Of a DNA stretch of 64,000 nt, positions 53,675 to 64,000 are shown one piece after another. Source of the DNA: Octopus sinensis (Eukaryota). Where the stretch lies: assembly GCF_006345805.1 (NCBI RefSeq), contig NC_043018.1, positions 13,764,001 to 13,828,000 on the forward strand. Direction: 5' to 3'. The notes under the pieces were generated by a model. It saw only the letters and a program-made list of their open reading frames with translations, was not told the DNA's origin and made no database searches. The position numbers were made by a program, and so were the translations under genes. The stretch's first letter is position 1, and the number at the start of each line of letters is the position of its first letter.

Positions 53675-53951
53675 GATACGTTCCGTTCGTGAATTAGCAG
53701 ATTCCTATATGTTTATTCTTAGAAACACCATAAAAGTAAACAGTTTGCAGCAAATTTGTACATTACTATCGAGCGTCATGTTACAGAAGACAGCTATATA
53801 GTAGAATAATGGGAAGCAGGTAAAAAACACAACGTCGAGTAGTTTATGAAGGAAAGTGATTTGTTACAAAAATACGTCGACACACCACATATACAAGCAT
53901 GGACAAGGAAGGCCGTACACATACGTGTCAGACTAAAGGCCATCATAAAGC

Positions 53952-53996
<45 letters not shown>

Positions 53997-54836
53997 ATAT
54001 GTTACAATTACTCAATAGTCAAGATAAAACTCTGAGTTTCAGATGCCGAAGTGGAAAAATCCACAACACCATCTCTTCGGTTATCTGGCCATCTGAAAAA
54101 ACGCTATGAGAAAATACCGTTATATAAAGGGAAATTACTGTGTTATAATTCTGCTACTTATATAAAATAAGATTAAAATTTCATAGTAAACACGTAAACA
54201 TGGCTAGTCATACGCTCACATGTGCGCTCGCGGATCCACGTGCGTAGTTATACGTCACTATGAAAACGTACACATCTTCACTCGCATTTTTCGCCAAATA
54301 TATACAAACTCATGCACACACATGCGTACCGTAAAAGTTCATACATACGTCTATATACGCACAAGCACAAGAAAAACCATGGTTAAAGGTAACAGAAAAA
54401 AACATAAGGAAGTATACAAAGCGTAAAAACCACGTTCATATACGGACATGTCCTTATGCACTCATACACACACACGCCCATATATGTACATACCCGCACA
54501 TGTTTATATACGCATACACACACACGCATATACGAAAAATGAATATACATATACCCCCCCCACCAAAAAACCCCCCTAAGAAAATGGAAAAATACTAAGT
54601 AAAAACGTCTATATGTATATGCATTCTTATGCCCGCACACACGCACACATCTAAACCTGCCCACTCATACATATACACCCATTGTACAAATGAATCTATA
54701 TACACGTCTATATAGGCACAGGAAAAATGCAGGATAGAAAAGTACAGAAAAAAATTATGTGTGAAAATATGAAAATATATGAAATAATAAAAGGTATAAT
54801 GAGATAAAAAAACTTTTTGGGACATAATATAGAAAG

Positions 54837-54941
<105 letters not shown>

Positions 54942-54949
54942 TTATAAAA

Positions 54950-55125
54950 TTTATGAATAAATGAAAGAATGGAGTTGAACGACAAATTAACAAATTTCCT
55001 TTATTTTATTTTCGACATATGTTTCGAAGGCTGCATATTCCTAATTGTGAAGGAATAAGGAGTACAATATTTCTGATGTGAATTTGCTACCCAGGTATCG
55101 GTTAAACGAATTATCCATAAAAATA
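54950..55125 (-). mobile_element. pLTR-like fragment between (TA)n runs, related to 18300-18555
   Basis: Shares gaatggagttgaacga..ttaacaaatttcct and gctacccaggtatcggtt with the 18.3-18.55 kb block. The minus strand has GAAAC-ATAT-GTC but no intact CUGANGA. Confidence 0.5.
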
Positions 55126-55142
55126 TATTTCATTTTTCTACT

Positions 55143-55213
<71 letters not shown>

Positions 55214-55842
55214 TCTCTGGCATATACACAGCGTCATTTCCTTGTACAAAATTATACGCTTGTAAAATATTCGTCGTCATAACTATGAAATATATAGAAA
55301 GGAAACAACTAGATATGTATTCTAGCAAATGGAATAGGCAGATATTCTGAAGCAGAAGTTGGTAGAATAGATTAGATCCCATCATGCTGCTTGGTGAGTG
55401 GAAAAGCCACGATTAAAGAATGTTTTACTGAATTTAAGATTGCGTTTTGTAATCAGCTCAGTGTACTTGTATATTAAACCTGGCCAGTAACCTAGTATTT
55501 GCAACGCTTCTGTAGAACACAGGTTGCATTCTCAAGCCCCACCGTTGTATGGAGAGATGGTTTGTTTAACGAATCACGAAACTGAATGATATTCTTCATA
55601 TTCATTTGAACATGGATGCGAATATAGCAGAGGATTATCGGCAATACAATCAAAGTCTAAAAGGAAACAGTATGAATTACTCATTGTGACGTTCGTGAAA
55701 CATTGCAAGAGGCACAAGTTTAAAAAACACTAAAACTGTTTTCTAAAAAAATGGCCGTTACCTTGGCACCAACATGATATATACATATACATACATATCT
55801 ATAACCCTTTATACTTAAGTATGGCAAAATAGTTTCGTATGT

Positions 55843-55976
<134 letters not shown>

Positions 55977-56683
55977 CGTAAATACGTATACATATCGAAA
56001 TAGAGTCGTAGTTGTTCATATCATTATCAACAGGATAGAAATTGCCTCCTCACCCATAACTACCGGTTATTTTCATTGTGTATTCTGTGTGCGTTCTTAA
56101 TGTTGCAACGAAGAAAGTTATAAACTTGATGTTCGCGATTTTATGGCCATGTAGGACAGAATCTTAATGTATATATAGTTTTTTGCTAGTTTCTTTCGGT
56201 GTGAGCTTATTTTAGTCTGTTATAATGGCTCCATTTTGTAAGCCTATGCTCACAATGGAAGCATAGACATACGTGCAGACACATATATTACAAATAATAC
56301 ATACATATACACACACATGCACATACACACATGTATATTATCGACATCATAAGTATTTTATAGACTTCCGAGTTAGCTTTTCTTTTTCAGATATTGCATA
56401 TCGAAGTGCTTTGCTTAAAGCTACAAACAATAGCACGTGGATACTGGTTTACGAAAACCCATTTGGATGGTAAAATGTCGAAGGTCGCACGTAGGATACA
56501 AACCCAGACCTCCTGTAAAAATTACATATATATATATGTGTGTACGTGTGTGTGTGTGTTTGAGTGTGTGTGTGTGCATGTGTGAGTGTGTGTTTGTATA
56601 CATAAACCCACATATATAGGTATTATGCATATATACTAAAATCACACAAACACACATATCCATATATATCTATGTATGTTGTA

Positions 56684-56732
<49 letters not shown>

Positions 56733-56789
56733 CGGGAAGGTTTAAGAAAATAAACAAAAGACGAAGGAAGGTGGAGTACAAACAAACAA

Positions 56790-56858
<69 letters not shown>

Positions 56859-58500
56859 GTGTGTGTGTATATTCAAAGGCCAAGACCGCTATATATATAA
56901 TATAATATAATATAATATGATATGATATATTAATAACGCTGATCGAACAAGATTGTGTAGGGTGCCGCTGAGTCTTTTATTATTCTACTCGTATATGTAT
57001 TTGTATATGCGAATCTTTTATGCATGACTATATATTTATTGAATGCATAAATGTAATATTATGTATAACTATGTGTGTATATAAAGAGATGTATATCTAC
57101 GCATGTGCATCTCTAAAAACAATATATACGCGTATGTATATATGAGTACTGTCATGATTGTATTTGTGCCTTTATGTATATGTGTACCTATGCATATCTG
57201 TGTGTATGGATATATATGTGCATATACATCCGTACACAATGAGGTGTTGGGTGCTGGGTCTTTCAGTAGTCAAAATATTTCACTTGCATAGATCACGACA
57301 ACAGACGATAGCACTCGTTCGCTGTTTGAAGTGGCTGATTCCGGATGTTGACAGAATTTTCGCTCAGCATCTAGATGTAGTCGCCATTGATTCGATAACT
57401 GCATCTGGCCAAATAGTTCTGGTTACGATTTTAAACTGCATCTGGTAGAGGCAGTTTGGTTTATGAGTTCCAGGTTTTTGAAGCGTATGAAACCACACCC
57501 TATCCACAATTGTTGCAATTCTATTCTGAGACGGAGTAGTAATTCCCGTAAACTACGGGTTAAACAGCATAAGCCAAGACATATTGAAATCATAGGAAGC
57601 ATGGTTGCTGTGAACTATAACTAAATCATTTATAAGACGTTCTAGGTTTAAATGTTGTCCATTTTTATTACATCTTTTACATAATCATGTCATTGCTATA
57701 GAGGCCTTATTCTATAAAGGTGAATCTAGATATTATATTGCCTAAAATAAATAGTCCTATGTGATTGGAGATTTCTACTCCATCATAGAAGCCTATCCGA
57801 GCATCGAAATGTTCCGAATGTTTACGTTTTTCCCAGAAAAGTATCGAAATGTCCGTTATTTTTAACCAGTTTTATAAATTCAAATGCAAGAAACACTTGG
57901 CCTTTGAGTCACTGTAACTTCTCCCGTTTAATAATACTTTCAAAATTAGCCAGCTTTTACAGGGAGGGTGTAACTCGAAGACATCGACCCCACTGTTTAA
58001 CTGGTATTTATTTTATCGATCCCTAAAGGATGAAATATAAAGCCGACCTCGGCGGGATTTGAAGTATCACTAAGAATTTTGTCCGGAGTACTGACGATTG
58101 TACCAGCTAGTTGCCTTCCTACTGGTTAATAGTGGTTTCAAATGTTGATACTAGGCCAGCAAATTTCTTGAGGAGGGGATAACGTTCAGCTGGTACTTAT
58201 TTTATCGGCTTCCAATAGGATGAACCGCAAGGTCAACGAAGGTGCGATTTGAACTAGGAACGTAAAGACGGATGAAATAACGTGCTCGCAATTCTACCAC
58301 TTCACCGCATTTCCATTGATTAGTAATAAAAGTTATCTGCGTACACACACACACAAGCTATTTTTCGTCTAATTCGCCTCGAGTCGAAATCCAGTGAGTG
58401 ATTGTGAGTTTTGTCTTTCATCTTTCAATGAAATAATGTTATCTTAGCGTGTGCCTATAGCAAAAAGGATTATTATTGATATTGTTTCGAGAGAAGAGAT

Positions 58501-58730
58501 TTAACCCATTAAGTCCCACTGTCCTACAAATAGGACACTAAATGAGAACCTTAAATAAGTTATATCACATTGTCTCAGTGTCCTATTCATAGGACACCGG
58601 ATATTTCCATTTCTACTTGAAGTAAAGGAGTTTTAATAATTTCTTCTTCATTTTAATCTATTTCCAATCATCTGTAAAAATATAAAAGTAATATTCAGAA
58701 ATTCAAGTACTCTGGGACTTAATGGGTTAA
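58501..58730. mobile_element. piggyBac-type MITE
   Basis: TTAA at 58501-58504 and 58727-58730. Perfect 14-bp TIR cccattaagtccca. Confidence 0.88.
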
Positions 58731-59014
58731 TCAAGGACGTCGAACTCATTATATAACTGGGACTTTATTAATCCACACGAAAAGAGGAAAAACAAAATTG
58801 ATATCGGTGTGATTTGAACTCAGAACGTTAATACTCATAGTAAATACCATAAATAATTTTGTTATAGACTGCTTAATAATTTTATCAAACCATTACTCGA
58901 TTAATTATTTCTCATATAGACAGAAGCCAGAAGTTTGGTGAGAGTAGATACTCAATGAAATCGACCAAGAACACTTCACTGTTATTTTATTTCAAATAAA
59001 TAAAATATATAAAT

Positions 59015-59253
59015 GCGCCCTTTTAAAGCCTAGCCAGACTCATGGGCCCGGTTTCAATGGCGTATGTGTTCCCCAGCTGGACGGGACGCCAGGCCATCGC
59101 AGCGTTACTCATTTTTGCCAGCTGAGTGGACTGGAGCAACGTGAAATGAAGTGTTTTGCTCAAGAACACAACGCGTCGCCCAGTCCAGGAATCGAAGCCA
59201 CAGTCTTACGATCATGATGCTGACACCCTAACCACTAAGCCACGCGCCTCCAC
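59015..59253 (-). mobile_element. tRNA-head SINE, V-like core with tail T2
   Basis: Head gtggaggcgcgtggcttagtgg, core ctccagtccactcagctggcaaaaatgagta, tail ctgcgatgg..cccgtccag..gaaaccgggcccatgag. Confidence 0.85.
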
Positions 59254-61309
59254 TTACTTTATTTAACCACCTCCAAATAAGCGAAGAGCAATGCTGTCTT
59301 CAGCGGGATTTTGTATTCAATATATAGAGACGGCGAAATAATCCCATTAGAATAAAACGCTATAATATTCGTAATATTATTCATGTGATTTGTAATATTA
59401 TTTATTGCTCTTAAGGTCCTGAATTTAAATACAGTAGGGGTCAGCTCTGAATTTCATCCGTTTTGTGTCGATAAAATAAAATACCAATCAAAGAAAAAGT
59501 ATTCCATTAATATGTCGAAGGTCGACCTATTGAGTTAAGTTTAAGCTGTCGCTCTTCTCCATAACCATCTTGGCTCCCGATGAATGTGATGACTTCGCGT
59601 CAAGGAAAACAATCGATACGCTTTGAATGTCATATTATATTGGAAGGAGAAGGGAAAGAAGAAGAGAAACCGGAAGACGATGATGATGAGGAAATCGGGA
59701 AGAAGAAGTGGATGTAAAAAGAAGAAAAAGTAGAGCACGAAAATTAGTATAAGAAGAAGGAACGAAGGATGCAGATGAAGAAAGGAAAGTAAAGGCACAA
59801 AGAAAATAATGAGGAGAGAAAAATAAAGAAAGAAGAAGAAGAAGAAGAAGAAGAAGAAGAAGAAGAAGAAGAAGAAGAAGAAGAGGTGAATTAAACAAAC
59901 AGAAAATGGAGATTTGCTATTTGATCTGTTACAGTAATTTATTTTTGAAACAAAAAAGCGGAAATATGCTTTGTCATACTTTAGAGAAAAAATGGTTGAA
60001 TAACAAAATCGTTTGAGCGTCAAACAAAAGACATGTTTGCGATATCTGCTTCGGCTTCTCGCCTTCTTGAGTTCAAATCTCGTCGAAGTCAACTTTGCCT
60101 TTCATGGTTACAGGATTGGTAACTCAACTAGCTGTAAAGTACTGGTAGCAGTTGTTCTTTCCCGTTTCCTCTTCATCGACAGCCAAAGTGCCGCCAAAGG
60201 GTGCCGTGGACCCACTTACTGTTGACATTTTTCTCCAAGAAACGGATCAGGGTTGAATGGGTAGTTAGCACCTTACTTGCATTTGCATGCGATAGAAGCG
60301 CCCAGAGCCCAGCCATGCACTTTGGACATAGTGCACACCAAACAACGATGAAAAATCTAAAAACTAATTGCATAGGGAATTCTGCTAGGATTTTTTTCCT
60401 CAAACTAAAACGAAAGCACACGTACATATAAACACATATATGTAAGTATAGTATCTTAGAAGCTGAAGCGTCTCTGCTGTTCATGGGTCCTGTTACTCAA
60501 ATTATAGAATTTTGGGGAGCAAATTGAAATATCGATCATTTCGCGTTATACTGTTGGTTGCTCAAATTTCGATATGTTTAGATATATGTCTGTGAGAATG
60601 CATGTGTGAGCTATGAGTGCATGTGCGCGCATGTATGTTTGTGTGTCTGTGTGTGTATTTATTTTAGGCGATTGGCGAAAATACGGAATGATGAGAAGTT
60701 GGGGATTTATATTAGCTGATCGAAATACGTGTACATGATCATACAATCAGACAAGTATACAAAATTACCATAACTAATGTCAGAAGAGTATAAAGAGGAG
60801 GAGGAGGAGGAAAGGGTGGTAGAGGCTGTAAACAAATGTTTATCGCTAGCTCTTACAAATATAACTTGGTACCTACAATTACGACCGACAAGTCTCACAA
60901 CTTTTCCATTACACTTCACGATCATGCCTTAGAATCACGGCGTCACAATTCGTATCCTGAATGCAATTTTTCCCAGCAGCTGTCCGAGATCCACAAGGGA
61001 TACTTGATTACGCAAAATTATCTTTTAATTTAGAGCATCCCTCCAATATAATGTGCTCTACTTTGGCCCATTGTTTCTGAGATGAGTGGTAAAGTTCCAT
61101 AAACTTGTATAGGTACGAGGGAATGTGGGAAAAGTAAAATGAAATAAAGATGTAATCAGAGATACCGTCAACCACCAAGTTTAACTTGTCCAGTAATATT
61201 TAACTATTTTTACCGAAAAAGTTCATAAAAATTGGGTGAGGTTTTCCTTGGTAAGCGTGAAATAAACATCAGTCATACTGTAGAATACTTCCACCGTGTA
61301 CCACTTCAA

Positions 61310-61491
61310 TACGGCAGGCTTCAAAAATGTTTTCTATCTCAGATGCATCTACCCACAGCTTTATTTACCATCAAGTAACATAAGAAAATTTTATTTCTAA
61401 ATGGTTCCAAATTTATGTGAGGTTAATGTAAGTGCATAACTATTGAGTGTTTGTATTAGCTGATCGACATACATTTTTGAAGCCTGCTGTA
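61310..61491. mobile_element. Small TA-flanked MITE
   Basis: Inverted ends tac(g/a)gcaggcttcaaaaatgt, one mismatch. Confidence 0.82.
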
Positions 61492-61699
61492 TGGAAGTGG
61501 TTGGTACCTGGTGGAATTAGTTAACAGTACAACTGATGCTTATTACGAAGGAAAAGCTCAGCAATTTATATTAAATTCTTCTGTAAAAATGATTTAAACG
61601 TTACATGTCGTTGACTCACTAACGACCACTACACATTAGTTTAGGAAACTTTCATTCTGTAACGAGGCTACTTTGATGTTGTCGGTTTTATCAACAAGT

Positions 61700-61960
61700 T
61701 TATTTGTCCAATATGGGGTTATGAAACCTTTCACGGAACACTTGATGGCTCTTTTCAATGGTTGAAACTTACTTGGATTAAGTATCTTTTTCTTGCCTGC
61801 TTTTCAACAACACATTGCAAAGAATATCTACTTCAAGCTCTTCAGAAATGCTTTGGCATCAGATCCCCGGCACGGTGATGCATTTCTACGGCAATTCCTT
61901 CATATCCAACTTGCTCGACGTTGGCGGAGTAGACATGGATTAAGATTTTGGTGCTTTGAA
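61700..61960 (-). mobile_element. Possible Tc1/mariner N-terminal relic
   Basis: PGI*CQSISEELEVD resembles PGKSMRSIAxELxV; weak. Confidence 0.3.
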
Positions 61961-61969
61961 AGCTCTGAT

Positions 61970-62019
<50 letters not shown>

Positions 62020-63244
62020 ATATACATATATATATATGCGAATGTCTGTGTCTGCCAGTAGTATTCGTCATAAGGTCCCTTATGATGTGTATACAGTTTT
62101 CCTTTACCATATTGAACGAAAAAAAATATATATAGTATCTTTTTCGTTTGGTTTCCCCATAAAATACTCTTAAAAACAGAATGTTCATAGTGCAGAGAAT
62201 ATAGACGCTATCTTAAAAAATGGTAAATATTATTGTTGTTATTATTATTAAAAATAGTTAACAGTTATCTGTTCGTCTCGTGTCTGAATCGGCTCACACA
62301 CTCCGATTTTTCAAGTCCGGCTTTTAACTAAGAGCCGGACTTAGAACAATCGGAACGTGTTGACCCGTGAGATGCGTTCATCTGTGCTCAGTATATTCTG
62401 ACGTCTGATGTCTGATGTGCAGCAAGAACACAATGGCTTGTTGGAAATTTGGTCGATTATTTTCGGCGAAGCTTCATCTTGAATAAATAACATCGATCTG
62501 CGGTTGTGATATTTTCCTCTTCCTTTTTGTCCTTGGACTTTTCGTTTATTTATTTGCTACAGTCTGACATACTCTTGGATCGTATCTGCTACAAGATCAT
62601 CCAAATGTAAGATTTATGTTATTCACTTTGGAAAATTTATCTCTCGAAAATGAAGAAAATATTCTTACCTATTAAATAAAAGAAAAGTGCATTTTAAATC
62701 TTTCAGTCAATGCGGGTAACGGCTTTAAGCTTAGTCATTTCCCCTAGCGCTTTTTTCTATGCTGTCATACTGTTTGTGATTTTCTGCACTTGTTGATTTT
62801 ATGTCTGCGCCACCATCAACACTACCACCGGTGAGGTTAGTACTATGTGTGGTACACTTCTTGAAACTGTTAATAGTGAGGTTTCATTCGGCGTTGTGTA
62901 TATCGTGGATCGACGTATATGACTCTTAACCTACACGGTAGGGCATTCTTCCGCTTAATCTGATCTCACAAAGACATATCACGCGAGAGAGCTACGGGAT
63001 CGCAGCGCTGGTTGCTTAGAGAAGACGTTAGATTTTAATGAATAAAATATTTAAGTCAGTAAAATATATTTCAAACATGCTTGCAAAGATGCCTTTGTCG
63101 GAATACAATATAAAGAGCAGAAAAAAGGTGTTAAAAGTGAGCAGAAACTATGCTTGACGATGTGCCGAGATCCAATATAATTTCCTTAAATAAATACTCA
63201 CCGTCGTTAGTATTTTCTATAAAAAATTTAATATATGGACACTG

Positions 63245-63465
63245 CGAGGGCGAACTGGCATAATCGTTTACACGTCAGGCAAAATTCTGAGCAAAATCTC
63301 ATCTGTCTTGACGTTCTGGGTTCAAATGCCGCCTGGGTCTACTTTGCATTTCATACTTTCGGATTCGATAAATAAGTGATAGTTGAGTACGGGGGCGTCG
63401 ATGCAGTCGACTCAGTCCCTCAGCCAAATTGCTTGACATGTGCCAAAATTTGAAACCAGTATATG
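63245..63465 (+). mobile_element. Decayed SINE family B (similar fragments at about 3065, 4232, 14410, 17400, 27720, 31675, 39880, 44680, 57975, 58150 and 60040)
   Basis: gcgaactggca head, gttcaaatgccgcc box, ctttcat..gtcgat body. Confidence 0.7.
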
Positions 63466-64000
63466 GACGTTTTTTTGTGTAAATTCCTGAGAGATGGGCA
63501 AGTGGTATGTGAGATATTATATAAAAATATTGGTAATAAACTACTCTGCCAAATTAGCTTCCCTTACATCAAAATACTCAACTGTTGTTGTTTGTAAAGA
63601 TGAGGGAAAGGCATTGTCGACTGAGACTACGTGACAAGTTGGTCTTTCTACTGATTACGTTCTTGTTGCATTTGATCTGCAATATTATTCAGTTATATTT
63701 TTTATCGCACGGAACTGAATAGCAGTCAGAATTGTTATTCATGTGACGGATGAAATTTGGAATGAAATAAAAAAACAACCTATTATAGACACAACATTTG
63801 CATCAACTCTATTGTTCTGTGAGACGATTGGGAAATAAATATTTTAAATTAAGCGTTATATATATGTATATATATATATATTTAAAAGGTATGAAGAATG
63901 GGATTTCTACATTTATTTGTGCATTAGAGATTTACAACTGTTTCTGATATGCATTTTGGGTGCGTTCATCGTTTAGTTTACTGAGCGGTTCGATTAAAAA

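Overview
AT-rich, microsatellite-dense animal genomic DNA with one 100-N gap (18960-19059). It is most likely octopus, inferred from my recognition of the SINE families rather than from a search. Most of the window is repeat debris: three tRNA-derived SINE groups (some in head-to-tail multimers), three R4/Dong-like RLE-LINE relics, Penelope-like (GIY-YIG) relics and pLTR-like fragments, Tc1/mariner fragments and several MITEs. Nearly all ORFs in the supplied track are microsatellite read-throughs. Two signals stand out. (1) A minus-strand, two-coding-exon gene model (29853-29784 joined to 19288-19188) encodes a 56-aa secreted prepropeptide, MKTIIAFCFCFCVLISYALS-YNEVLATRKDEDF-RRRR-SEKPCLKIARF-G-RK-QYADT, predicted to yield a Cys-containing RFamide I do not recognise. 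(2) Several minimal type-I hammerhead ribozyme motifs sit in short Penelope-type fragments beside TA/CA microsatellites. No prokaryotic features, rRNA, true tRNA or CRISPR array were found.
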